A stretch of DNA of 64,000 bases. Source: Asterias rubens. Its lineage: Eukaryota. The stretch spans positions 11,284,001 to 11,348,000 of the forward strand of contig NC_047070.1 of assembly GCF_902459465.1 (NCBI RefSeq), read 5' to 3'. Made by a program: the position numbers and the translations under genes. Each line of letters opens with the position of its first letter. The stretch's first letter is position 1. This document shows positions 12,212-24,389 of the stretch, piece after piece. The notes beneath the pieces were generated by a model, which ran no database searches, had not been told where the DNA came from, and saw only the letters and a list, made by a program, of their open reading frames with translations.

Positions 12212-13878
12212 TCAATGTTCTTCATCAATGAAACAGATGGAATGCTTCAGGGCAATGCACTTTCTGTGATGAATAGTGTAGGCATGGAGAGGCTGGGTAT
12301 CTAAAAGTTGCCGTCTGTCAAGGCATTTCAAGTTGGATTCAGGTGCTCCATGACCTGATACTTCAAGTAACTCATACAACCCAAGTGCAGGGTCGTAACT
12401 GCTTCTTATGACCGAGACAAGAAAATGGCACATACCAGAATCGTCACTGCCCAATATGAATGATTGAATGAGACCAAAGCTGAGATGGAATCGATCCACA
12501 CCAGTCTGATTGATAATGATATACTCCCCTTTGCAATAATGAATGCCATCAATATCAACTGAGTCAGAGATGTGAACATCACCACCAATATGCACCCCAC
12601 ATTTCTCCACAGCAGAATTCAAAGAAAGAGCATACAGATGGGAATAGAATGGAATAGATATTTCAGCCGAAATGCCAATACTGAAATACTGGCCATGTCT
12701 ACAAAAAGCTTGCAGAAGCTGATGTTTTTCAGCTAATGATTTGGTAATATTGATAAAATTAGCACAGTGGTGAGCATGAGATTTTAAGTAAGAATGCTTG
12801 CTTTCAAACCTCAGGGTCCATGCTCTGATCAATGGACCACACTTCAGGATCAGCTCAGGATAGTGTCGCAGGTAGTGGTGTTTTGGTCTAAGTTTGACCA
12901 AAGGAAATGCTTCTTTTCTATCCAGCAAATACTCATCAATCAAAGACTGAAGAGACAAGACTTGCCCACGTGAGACTCTTTGGGAGCAAACAAACTGAAC
13001 GATCTCTCTAAGGCGCAGTATCAGCTGCCAGGACTGATCTTCTGGCTCCTGAACAACAGCGTGTAGAAAGAATGGAAGATTTCTCAAAAGGCACCAGTTC
13101 TCAACAGCATGGCCTGATATTTTTTCCCCTGAGCTCTTAATTTCTGGGGGTTTATCACTTGCATCAAAACCTTTCAACTGAGTCCTTTTCATGGTCCTAT
13201 TCAGATGTTCATATGAGAACCATTTTTTCTTCACTAGGTCCTTAATGAATAGTGCCAAATCATATCTAACAATGCCTTCAAAGAGGTCATGGCCCAAGCA
13301 AGGAGGCAAGCCCAGATTACATACATGAAAATACCTCAGGCTATTGAAGACAGAAGCCCTCTTAATTCCCTTGAATGGCCCTTCACAGTTGTCAAGGTGG
13401 GTGATGGCTGCCTCATAACTGTCAACTGTTCTAAGTTCTGCATCATTGAGAGGGTTTTCTCGGAACTCAGCTAGCGTGATCAGGCAAAATCGACACTTTC
13501 AAGAAACACATCATCACACATCATCAGACAAACTTTCATCAGAAGTTTCATCTTCCTCAACTGCAGGAAGTTGCCTTCAGTGTCTATGTTGCAATCATTA
13601 GCTGTGCACTCCACAGAGGGAGACATGACAGAAGAACCACTTTCTGTGGCCAAATTTGCCATCACTGGTTTTCATGGCAAAGTGGGATGAATACGAGACA
13701 AATGTGAAGTCAAGGAAGATATGACCCTATACTGTAAAGTGCAACCTTTGTAAGGGCAGGTAACTACAGCTCCATTCTGGATGTGCTCCTTTAGGTGAGC
13801 CAGCAACACACTGTATTGGCCACAATGCATCTTACAGTGAGTGCAGGTTAAATTCACCAATTCATCCTCAAAGCCCAC
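12212..13878 (-). pseudogene. CACTA/EnSpm (CMC) transposase with large internal deletion
   Basis: N-terminal double C2H2-like zinc finger (13878-13672) and acidic linker (13665-13500), followed abruptly by an open frame 13495-12212: CRFCLIT..EF...GIK..S.FN.L.YFHVC..GLPPCLGHDLFEG...KLRPKHHYLRHYPELILKCGPLIRAWTLRFESKHSY. These are hallmark EnSpm transposase motifs. The expected central region is absent. Confidence 0.88.
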
Positions 13879-14248
13879 CTGCCCAAGTTGACCATGGGGA
13901 CATTGACTAGAACTGCAGGCATCTGATGTTTTCTCAGTGATACTGTGCGAAACCCTATAGTTAGAGTGATCTCGTGAGAGATGCGAAGTGAAGCTTTCAT
14001 AAACCCTAAATGCCCTGGTACATGTACCTTTACAAAATGAAGGCTGCTGCTGGAGTAAGTCTTAGCCTACCAATTTGTTTTTCAGTTTTACACTGTTAGC
14101 CCAAGTTCAATTTATTAAGCCAAACAGAACAGACCTAGCACGACTCTCCGATTGAACTTGGTTGGCCGACGAATGGACTTACCCAACCACAAAATGGTAT
14201 TGTCTAACGTACACACGGAAAAATAAATTAAAAACTTGTGTGTCAATG

Positions 14249-16380
14249 TGTAATGGGATGAAATTGCAGCCCCCCTTTTTTTTGTTACCCCTAGTTTACC
14301 TATGTCCTGCTCGGACTAGGGCGAGTCTAGGGGTGGGTGGTTGCCTGGTGGTGTGTGATGAGTGGGTGATTGGTAGCAGGCTTTGCAACCAATCACGGCT
14401 ATTGAGGAAGGGATGTCTCAGGGGTCAGTGCCCAAACCCAAGGAAGTGGTTTGACACTTGGCCACTGGACACCGACAGAGGACGGATAGTGTTAGAATTA
14501 ACCCTCCAAGTTCCTTCAATAATTACACTTTGCCTCTGTCGGACATCTACGTTGGATTGCGCCAGCCCAGCTTTATCACCACAATAATTGTATATATTCA
14601 TCCCCTGTCCTGCTCTAGGTGAGTTTGATTTTACTTTTATCTTTCTTGTGAGCCTAGCTAGGTTTAAAAGTTAAAGTAAAGATCGGCGTGTCGCGTAACA
14701 TTTAATTTGAACAATCACTGCATACTTTCAATTGTGTAAGGATAGTGTTTTAGATTTTGATGACTGAAGTTCTAGAAAAGAAGTTCCTTTTTACATGCTC
14801 TTATTTTGAATTGATAATTGTTGACTTGTTGTTTTCCATGCTCTTGTGACTTTTGATGCTTACAAAATGTGAATTGTCATATTACATTTTGTTTCAGTAT
14901 TATTTAGCTTTTAACTTGATTTATTTAATGTTGGTTTAGTTTCTGCATTATTCAGTACTTATTTGTTTCATGGTTCAATTTCATTGTCTACTTTGCCCAA
15001 GACCAGATACTTTTATTAGCGTCTGTTTTATTGAGTGGTTGATTTGTTTGATTCCACCTGTGGATTATTAGAACAACTTATTTCTAATAGTACTTTTTGA
15101 TATGAGTTTGGCAAGAGACAAAGACTAGTTTTGTATTTGAAGTTTCTTTGATTTAGTTTTATGCATCTTTCTTTCTTGTATTTACTGAAACTATACTTTT
15201 CAGCCAGTGATTACTTTTATCATAGTTTTGCTCTATGGTTTCATACATATATTTTTGCTTTTCAACTTCTTGTTTGGTTTTTAATGTTTTGCATTTACTT
15301 TTATTTAGACTTCTTTAAAGTTTATCATTGTATATAATACATTGCAGTCAAAACCAATTCCCACGGTTTTTCATTGTTTATTGTAAACATCCTGATTTCA
15401 TGGCACCAAGGAGTCATTGTTCCATGAAATGTCTTAAATACCACAAACTATGCAAGGGGTGTAGTTTCCCTTAATTGGTTTAAATACCCTGTCCATCATT
15501 TTGCCTCAGGCATGCACTGGTCTGGGGAATAGTGTGACCTTTTAGCACCCATACTGCACTGGCTAGTGTAACAGTCTCACACAGCTGTTATTGTTTCACA
15601 CTTAATTTACTTTCAAGATTAGTGATTTCTGTTAAAGGATTATAAGGTTTATTATTAGGTATTTAATTTTAGTGTAGTTTATATTTTTGAATGGCATAGT
15701 ATTAATTTTACACTTGGCCTCTGGACACCGACAGAGGACGGATAGTGTTAGAATTAACCCTCCAAGTTCCTTCAATAATTACACTTTGCCTCTGTCGGAC
15801 ATCTACGTTGGATTGCGCCAGCCCAGCTTTATCACCACAATAATTGTATATATTCATCCCCTGTCCTGCTCTAGGCCGAATCCAAATCAAGAGAGCCAGC
15901 AGGACAGCGTGTCATCAACTGTAGCCTATTTATCTTCACTGCATTTTCGTCATACCCAGTTGTACCAGAACAGTAATCCTGTCCCCTGATCAAGGACAAG
16001 GAACTGGTTCTGAAGTCGTCAAGTTTGTCATCGTAATCTTCGCAGCCCCAACATCTTCAACTTTGCTGGAAGAACTTTTTCATTGCCACACCATCTTCAA
16101 TTCAAGTATCTTCAATTCAAGTTATCGTCAGCATCCGTCCAAGTCCAACACCAACAGATAGGCCATTCATTTATTTTTGTTTTATATTTCCATTGTATAA
16201 AGTTTCATTGTTATTTTCGTTGCATTTTAATTGCAACGAAAATGGGTTCGTTTTTCTCCTCTTTTGTATTTGAGATTTTATTATTATCTCATTTGCACTG
16301 TATAAATACAGCGTTTTAAATTCGCCTCTCCCTTTATAGTAGTCGGGATTTGAATAAAACTTTCTTCATATTTTACAACA
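14249..16380. mobile_element. LTR-like block (possible long solo LTR, Gypsy/BEL type) with internal 166-bp direct repeat
   Basis: Begins TGTAAT and ends AATAAA...TTTTACAACA; no ORF; 14454-14619 and 15710-15875 match at 165/166 nt. No TSD, PBS or PPT found, so the class is uncertain. Confidence 0.4.
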
Positions 16381-16872
16381 CCACTAAAACAGCGTGTCCC
16401 TTGTAAAATTTATTATGTTTCAGCACAGAGTGCGCTAGCCGCACTCAAACCTGTTACAAATGCAAAATATTACAACCTGTGAATTGCTGACCAAAAATGT
16501 ATTTCAGTCTTGTCTTTACATACTCTGCCAAATTGTCACTGCATACTGAATGGACAAAGGACATGTCTGCTTTACACTGGCCTTAACACAAAGGCCTTAA
16601 CAATGGAACTATACTAATAAAAAGATTGGTGAATTTAAAACATTTGAGCTTGTTTTGATTCAGGTTCTGGTTCTGATGGGTCACTGATAATCTCAAAAAA
16701 TTTTGATGTACATGCAGGTTACTGTGTTTGAAAAGAGCAAATCATTGGCATCTTGAAAGTGATAAAGGAATGTAACGTCAGTTTGCTGGGCCATGAAACT
16801 GTTGATAACTTTCTTGTTATACTCTGATTGGAATTTCAATTATGAAATTATGTAAATGCTTGATTAAAACAG

Positions 16873-18844
16873 ATTCAGCAAGATTATGCCGAAATGCAAC
16901 CGGACAAGGCAAATCTACTATACCAAAAATGGCCAGCACTCTCGGCTTGCATTTTGATGTTTGCAAACAGTGTTTCTAGATGTTGGAAAGGGCGTTTTGG
17001 TGTTGAACGTGCTGACGACAAGTTTAGTGATGGTACGTCCGTAAACATGATCTATCAAAATAGTTTCTGAGCAGCAATCACTGTGAATCCCACTTTGCCC
17101 AGCTCTGATGATGCTTGTCATAATGGAAGTGTTTTACAATAATCAACCAAACCAAAATAATAAGTTTCAAAGTAGAAATGTAAAAATCACTGCTATACAT
17201 TCTGCAGCACCTCATTCATTTGATATATTGAGTAATTGGAACTTTGCAGCTGTTGAAAACATGACAAGTTATTTACATTTGTGCTTGTGACAAATCATCA
17301 TCAGAGCCCCATTTCATGGCACTGCTTACTGCAAAGTTTTGCACAAGATGATCACCCTTGTTTACTTACAGGATAGTGCCAATTTTCCAAGCTACCACAG
17401 TAAGTGAAAAATCCTTTGTTATGAAAACTACGAACATGCACGAAACAAATTGTTCGCTAAGTCATGAAAAGGGAACTCTTGTAAGCACAAACTCTTCTGC
17501 TACAGGAAGCACAAATATTTCGGTGAAATTGGGCCTAGCTCACAAAAAGAAGGTCCTGTGACATGGCAATTTCAGTAATAGTATCTTAAGGATGAAAGGT
17601 CTTAATTAATAGGTAATTTGTGGTTTTGATGTGTTTGAAGTGTATGGTATTGTTATTGTAAAGGTAGTTGGGTACCTATCAGCTACCATCACAAATTCAA
17701 TTTCGACAACATTCCCTTTCTGCACTGAGCCTAACATTTGTACTATGTCCCATTATTTTGTTTGAGATATACATCTGTAATACATTTTAAACTAATGATA
17801 GTGGTAGTTATTCATTTACTTTTTATTTTTATAACATTTAGAGGAAAGGATGAACCTAGCCTTTTTCGTGCTTTCTGTGATCTTTGAAGGAAGGAAGTCA
17901 TACACTAAAGGAGGACGAGCATCAGCAAAGGAAACACTTGAGTGTTTCATTGATTTTCAGAAGGTATGAAAATTGTTTTCAATATTGTCAAAATACATAT
18001 CTGATGGGCAGATATGACTTTGTTGTGAGATTGAGTGAGATGTCTACCAACAGTCCAACAGTGAGAGTTGTTTTTCTCAATGCTGCATCCTTCTTTTCTT
18101 GAAGCATGACCCAAAAATTTAATTTTGTTTCTGTCAATCTTGAGAAAATCATTGGATTTCATTGGAATTCCAAGATATTAACATCTTGCGCCACCACCAC
18201 ATCTCTAAAGCTCATTGGGTTGTGCTTGTGTTTGCTCTTCCGACAGCCCATACTGTCTCTGGTCCAGGGAAGATGAGGATTCATGGCATATAGATTTTAG
18301 TACCCTTAGATAGGCCTCTGTCTTTCCAGATGCCAGCAAGGGCAATGAAATTCAAAAGTATCAAAATATGGTAGAGTGGCTTGCAGCTGTGCTATTTCAG
18401 CATTAATGCTCCAACTACACCTAGAAGCTGTTTCATTTTGTGACAAAGTGAATGTTTGAAAAATTGTCATTTGTTACATTCAGCTAATTAGTTTTCTCTT
18501 TATGTGTCAATTTTGTGTTTCAGGAAGGTGTCAGTGTGGAACACTATCTCAAGACGATTGATGGCAATGTGAGATCTCAACCTTACATATTGGCAATTGG
18601 CGGGGATTTCCAAAGTCCAATGCAGTGTTTCGTCATTGTTGAAAGGAAAGCGTTGGAGTGTGACACGCTGACTGGAGCTGTTGACCTGTGCTACAAGGCG
18701 TACCAAGTGCTAGATTTGAAGTATGCCCCACAAGCATCCGTGGTGTGGAACTTCATGGATAGTCTTGTCTATGGTGTCAAAGTACCAAACGAGCCAGGTT
18801 CTTTGAAATCCTTTAGGGCTTATTATCACTTTTCTAAGAGTTAA
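16873..18844 (+). pseudogene. 5'-truncated CACTA/EnSpm accessory gene (copy B, last 3 exons)
   Basis: Exons 16873-17032 (IQQDYAEMQPDKANLLYQKWP...), 17842-17963 (EERMNLAFFVLSV...TLECFIDFQK) and 18524-18844 (EGVSVEHYL...QPYILAIG...AVDLCYKAYQVLDLKY..QASVVWNFMDSLVYG). Junctions are GT-AG and phase-compatible. No upstream exons found. Confidence 0.75.
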
Positions 18845-18908
18845 GTTAAGTGTTGTTATTCGACATATACACACCTGCCGACCATTCTTAAATTGACAAA
18901 ATTTATTA

Positions 18909-19064
18909 CGATGGGAGACTTTTGAGACGCTGGCTGTGGCAGACATAACGGTCCTTTTTTACAGTTCTTAGTCTGCGCGCACATGCTCAGTATTGTGCAA
19001 GTAGGTGTGAGCATGCACAACTGGCAAGAACTGTGAATAAGGACCATCCAAAAGTCTCCCATCG
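18909..19064. mobile_element. 156-bp MITE
   Basis: Perfect 16-bp TIR CGATGGGAGACTTTTG / CAAAAGTCTCCCATCG. Confidence 0.75.
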
Positions 19065-19262
19065 GAGGAACATTTCAAATTACAACGTTATTGTAATCGT
19101 ATTCAAATTGAAATTTTCTCTCAACAAGATATGTTTTTTGGGTTTTTTTTTGCAATAAGAGTGAATTAGTATTATCGCTATGCATAATAAGGTACTTTTT
19201 AACCAGACTTGTAAAGTAGGATTTGAAACTTTGCATGGTTGAAATACAATCTGGTATGCTTA

Positions 19263-19892
19263 GCGGTAACACCATGTGATAATACCTCTCTGTGAGTTGG
19301 GGTGGTTCTTAAAACTTGACATTTTGATCAATATGCTCTGATCATCCTCAGGAGAATGCCAGACTCTGATGTTGTATGCTGTTTAAGTACTGATGATGCG
19401 GATTAGCTTGATAATGCATGAAGGCGGGAACTGGAACTCATGGTGTATGGAAAAACTTGATCCTTCCCAGGATCCTGAAAGTGGTGTGAGTGGGGTTTGT
19501 GCTCACTGAACTGTGTCAGTAGCTATGCTCAGGGACATTGAGGATGGGTGCAAATGACTCAAAGCAGTCAGGATCTATATCCTTAGTCCACGCCCTGTAG
19601 GCCACATCCTCACTGTCCCTGTGCTTAATTGTACCTACTGACACAGTTCAGTGAGCAGACACCACTCTCAGGGTCCTGGGAAGGATCAAGTTTTCCCATA
19701 GACTGTTGAGTTCCAGTTCCCGCCTTAGTGCATCATCAAGCTAATCCGCATCATCAGTACTAAGCAGCATACAACATCAGTTTTCTCCTGAATATGATCA
19801 GAGCATACTGATCGAAACGTCAAGTTGAAACAAGTGGTTCTTTTAAAAACCACCCCAACTCACAGAGAGATAATATCACATTGTGTTACCGC
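19263..19892. mobile_element. Palindromic (foldback) element built from two inverted Penelope-tail-like arms
   Basis: Arms of about 285 bp (19263-19547 and 19603-19892) are reverse complements with scattered mismatches; spacer about 55 bp. Each arm carries a CTGA-N-GA..stem..GAAAC-GTC-like motif. Confidence 0.8.
19788..19821 (+). ncRNA. Degenerate minimal hammerhead-ribozyme motif (Penelope type); mirror copy at 19318-19351 on the minus strand
   Basis: CTGAATA-T-GATCAG-agcata-CTGATC-GAAAC-GTC on +, and CTGAGGA-T-GATCAG-agcata-TTGATC-AAAAT-GTC on -. The two copies together give CTGAGGA...GAAACGTC, but each has core mismatches and stem I is weak. Confidence 0.5.
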
Positions 19893-20074
19893 AAACCTTA
19901 CTAGATCATACTTGTAAACATGATCATATCCAAATTATATTAGCAATTTATGATTTCCTAGCGTTGGCAGGTATTTATCTAAAAGTTTGACACAAGTATT
20001 TATTTTGTTTCTGCTATACATGTATTCTGTTTTGTTTCAGCCCATCCTGCGCACTGAACCATGCAGAACCTTTT

Positions 20075-20640
20075 GTGAAGTTGTGCAGCATATCCCCAAA
20101 TATTCGCATCAGTTTATTTTGTGTTAAATCATCCATTTGGCACAGTGATGGCCTTGTATACAATATGAACAAATCTGGATGCCAGGGCATTGCCAATTGG
20201 GGTATGAATCTCAATGAGCAACTAAATTTGGTATGTGACTGTTCTAGCATTGGGATGGAGGCCCAGATTTTTTCTTTCCATTGTTCTTGTCACTTAGAAC
20301 AGTGGGAAAGGACCGGTCTGTGGGACCCCCTCTATCGTCTCAAGAGTTATTCTTCTCAGGGTTAGGGCTGTCTGTGCTTTTGTTTTCCATGTGGTGTTGA
20401 GTAATTAATTTTGTAATTAGCCTCTTTTGATTTTTATCTGGCACTCAAAATCCCTTTTGTATAAGTTTTCTATTCTTTTGTGTATTCTATTCGTTGACTA
20501 CAATCCAATCTCTCCTCCCCAGAGGTTGTTCCTATCTGCCTGCCAAGCTGGGGTGCTCTGTTCTATGGTGTCTTAAATTGTGTTTTTATTTATTTACTTT
20601 GTATACTTAATTTTCTTAAATGTTTATTGTTTGTAGATAA
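20075..20640 (+). mobile_element. Possible 3' remnant of an L1/Tx1-type LINE
   Basis: Peptide LFCVKSSIW...HLEQWERTGLW loosely resembles the Tx1 ORF2 C-terminus and is followed by a T-rich UTR-like stretch. Weak. Confidence 0.25.
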
Positions 20641-21111
20641 AATTAAATGGACAAAAGCCACACAGGCCTTGACAAAAGGCTACAGTTGTCGAGGAAATGA
20701 ACACTGTAACAAGGACTGCTTACACACACATACATTTAATGCTCATTCAAATGTAGAACCTTGATTAGTGAAATGGTATTTTAATAGTCAATTTAAAGAA
20801 AGTAAACACATCATTTGAGTACGCAAAAGTGTTGGAAAAATAAACAACGGTTATGAAAACACTCCACAATCAGTAGTCCCCCAATGTTCAGATTTGTTCA
20901 AGATATGTTGGTTCATCCTGTGCCAAATTTGGTGCTTTAATGTAGAAAAAAAGGTTCCCGATTGAGTATTTGGTTCTTCAAATATAATTGATTGATTGTT
21001 TTTTCTTTGATTTCTTTTATTTATGAGAATAATTGCTGTTTGTTGTAAAAATGTTCTGACATATTATGTAAAATTATAATAAAATCAACAGCCGATTATC
21101 ATGTGCAATGA

Positions 21112-21240
21112 CAATGGGAGACTTGTGAGTCAGCATCAGTATCAGTAATGGCCCTGTTCGATGGTTATGAGCATGCATGTACATGTACAAGCATGCAGCA
21201 TTGCGTGCGGATTGGACAACCACTCAAAAGCCTCCTATTG
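21112..21240. mobile_element. Diverged MITE related to the 18909 MITE
   Basis: Ends CAATGGGAGACTT / AAGCCTCCTATTG are an imperfect inverted repeat sharing the ATGGGAGACTT core. Confidence 0.5.
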
Positions 21241-21559
21241 TATTTAAGGTCACTTTATACTGCCCAGATTATTTGTTATTAATAATGAAAAAACAAAGAT
21301 AAATCCACAGTTTTGTAGAATAAAAGTTTTACAATTATACACTTTTCATGTTGTTACTGTTAAACAAGAGTTTTATATACTATACTTTTCTACTTATCAC
21401 GTTTCATGTTATAGTTGAATAAAAGTATTTTCACTTAATTGTTAGTTTTCGTCTTTACTCATTTCTCACAAAATGACAATTCAGGCATAAAACTGCAAAT
21501 TAATTTGTGCACAAAACTGGTTTAAAAGCAACACAAGTGGGGGGTAATTTAACTACACA

Positions 21560-21876
21560 ACAGTGCTGGGTAAAATAATATAACCCAATCATTGGGTAAG
21601 AATATAACACAACACCTGGGTAAAATGAAGGTTGGGTAAGGTTTACCCAATTTTGGAGTAAAAAGGGAACATGGTCGGCACATGGGTAACTTCTTACCCA
21701 ACTGTGCTGTGCTAAAAATCATGCACATGTTTGTATTAAAAATTACCCAATATTGGGTACTTTTTTACACTTTGAATGTTGTGCAGTATTTTTACTCATG
21801 TTGACGATCATGTTCCCTTTTTAATACCGAAAGGGTAAAGATCTTACCCAATGTTGAGCAATTATTTTTTAGAGTG
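21560..21876 (+). mobile_element. 3' subterminal region and TIR of CACTA/EnSpm element B
   Basis: Many TTACCCAA/TTGGGTAA motifs in both orientations, ending TTTTTTAGAGTG (reverse complement CACTCTAAAAAA) followed by TA. Confidence 0.75.
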
Positions 21877-22059
21877 TAGGCAGTTATTACATTGACAACG
21901 AATCAACCAACTAAGCAGTGATAAAGGCTCAACAAGCAAGGTGTACCAAATATTTTGTATAAATTCTCAAGTGACTAAAATGTTGTTTTCGTAAGTGAAT
22001 ATTTTTTTCTTATTGGTGAACATTTCCTTCTCAATTAAAAAAGTTATTCTTTGTTTACA

Positions 22060-22942
22060 GAAGAGAAGAAGGCTTTGGCATTCTACACATTGCCACTACT
22101 TTTTGGTGCAAAGTCAAAGGGTGGACAAGTGGGTGGATGTTTTGGTATGACCATGGAGGCATTCATTGACCTGCAACCGGTAAGAATATTAATTACCATG
22201 CTCTATCTTGGGCTTTAGTTTGGGGATGGCTGTTCCCAGCAAACAAATTTGCGTTGGGGGATGTCAGTGGAGATGTCACCAAATCAGTCACAAAAAGATT
22301 AAAAACAAGGAATCTATTAAAAAACCTGTTTGGATAGGACTAAAATGTCATATTGAATTGAATTCTGTTTTCTTTTTGTTTAGCTTGTGCCTTCATAACA
22401 TTATTGCCACTGCCACAGTAGTGTTTCCAGTGTTAAACAAATTAATCAATTTGTTCAGGGTTTTAGTGCATTAATCAAGCTGCAAGATCTAACATTAACA
22501 AGGTTCTTGGCAAAAAGGAGAGGTGTAGTTTGTGGCTGCATCCATATTGTTGCATACATAGCTGGCCTGCTGGTGAGGTAAATAATTTTTCAATTCTTTC
22601 TTATTAAAGGCAGTCACCAACATTGAAGGCTACTTGAAGGGTATTGACGGATTGGAGAGACCGCAGCCATTTGTTCTTGCTCTAGTTGGTAAGAACAAAC
22701 TGTTACCATCGCAGGTGTTCACAGTAATGGAACGCCGAGCAATTGAGGCACCGAGTCTACTCAAAGGAATTGACAAGGTCTTTAAGGCACATTATGTATT
22801 TAATGTGTCTTACCAGCAAAAGGTAAAAGCTGTTTGGGAGTTTCTTCAGTGTGTGATTTATGAACTTCCAGGAAAAGTCAGGCCTGCAGTTCGGGACATG
22901 CGTGCCTACCTAATGGCAGCAGCAAGAAAAGGCATTAGATAG
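22060..22942 (+). pseudogene. 5'-truncated CACTA/EnSpm accessory gene (copy C, last 2 exons)
   Basis: Exon about 22060-22178 (EKKALAFYTLPLLFG...MEAFIDLQP) and exon about 22610-22942 (AVTNIEGYL...QPFVLAL...LLKGIDKVFKAHYVFNVSY...VWEFLQ..IY). Intron phases are the same as in copy B. Confidence 0.75.
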
Positions 22943-24389
22943 ATAGATTGTTGGACAGACTATATTGGTCAGGCCAGTGTCATTTTCTACACCAGACCTC
23001 TTGACACCGTTTTTATTAAAGTTAAAATTCTTCTTGTTCTTATGTTACAAAGTTTTACATTATTTTGTAAAAGGTGGTGTGTTCCCCCCCCCCCATTTCC
23101 GAAAACGGGTTTTCTAAAAGAAAGAAAAAAATAATTAAATTCACACACAAAAATTAACCCATACAAATCTTCAGCAAACTTGGTGTTCATTTGTTTTCAA
23201 TCAGCTAATTACTATTTCTTTTTTATCAGTCATCTTGTGGACTTTTATATTGTGCGAATTTCAATTGTTGCAATTGAAACTGTTGCATTTTCAAATACAG
23301 TTCACTCAAAGGTTGCAATGTTTTAGATGCAAACATTTCTCATCCGTATTGGTACAACACCTTTGTAAAAATTCAGATTTAAACTAAAATTACCAAAGCC
23401 ATAATATTATACCTTTAATTCATTACTTTTGTTATATAAAGAGTTCTCCAAAGCTGTGAGCAGTTAAACTTAATAAATTGTCGGCATATTTGTTTGTGTC
23501 TGTACAATAACATTGTACTTTCACTGAGCTTTTAAACAACTAAGCACTTGAGAAAATCACAGGATATTTTGTTAGTCCACTTTGAATTTTGGAACAGTGC
23601 AGCCATATTTTGCCTGCCCTGAGCATATTCACCCTCTTGGAAAAGATAGCACAAAATTTCAAATCATGGAGAGGGCTACAAGGTTATTTGCCATTTGACT
23701 ACCTCAAGCTCCATGTAAATTCATCAATTTACTTTTTTTACTATAACTAAAATTCACATCTAAAAAAATTAATCATTTTCAGGAATATTTCTCTAAATGC
23801 CACAACTGCCTCGTTAAGCAAATACAGGGTTGGTGCAGTTGGTAATCTAAACATGAAATAATCCGAGGTATTTTTGTCTTTCCTCTTTTTGCAAACCCAA
23901 TGTGGTCTGTGTAGTTAAGTAAAACAAGTTTTATCACGTTTAAGTGTTTTAAAAGTTAGTGTTTTAATCGTGATATGCAATATATATATATATATAAACA
24001 TATAATTTTATTTTTGTGTACTATTCATGCTGATTATGTCTGCTAAATTAAAGAATCACCTTGATGTTGATGTGATATGTTTGCCAGGATTAAAAAATAT
24101 ATACAAATATCAATAATTTATAAAAATGTGTTTATCTTTCTCTTTGTAATCAATATTTAGGAAACACAGTGCCCAAGAGTTAGCTACATCAGTTTACAAA
24201 CAAGTAGTTATCCCCCCCCCCCCCCCCCCGATGGGAAAAGAAAAAAAACACCCCATTGTTGAGTAAAACATCCCAATGCATGGGCATAATTGTAGACCAA
24301 ACAACATTTCTCCAATCAGCAGTAAAATTAATTTGCCCAATTAATAAGGACAGGAGAACCAATTACAGAGTCAAAAAATACCAACTTTA

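Noticed and set aside
5397-14225. CACTGTGAAAAA (5397) and CACGGAAAAA (about 14214) as termini of EnSpm element A
   Set aside because: There is no matching inverted partner or subterminal array, so the ends of element A remain unresolved.
19388-19430. Second CTGATGA motif as another hammerhead
   Set aside because: No stem II followed by GAAA downstream.
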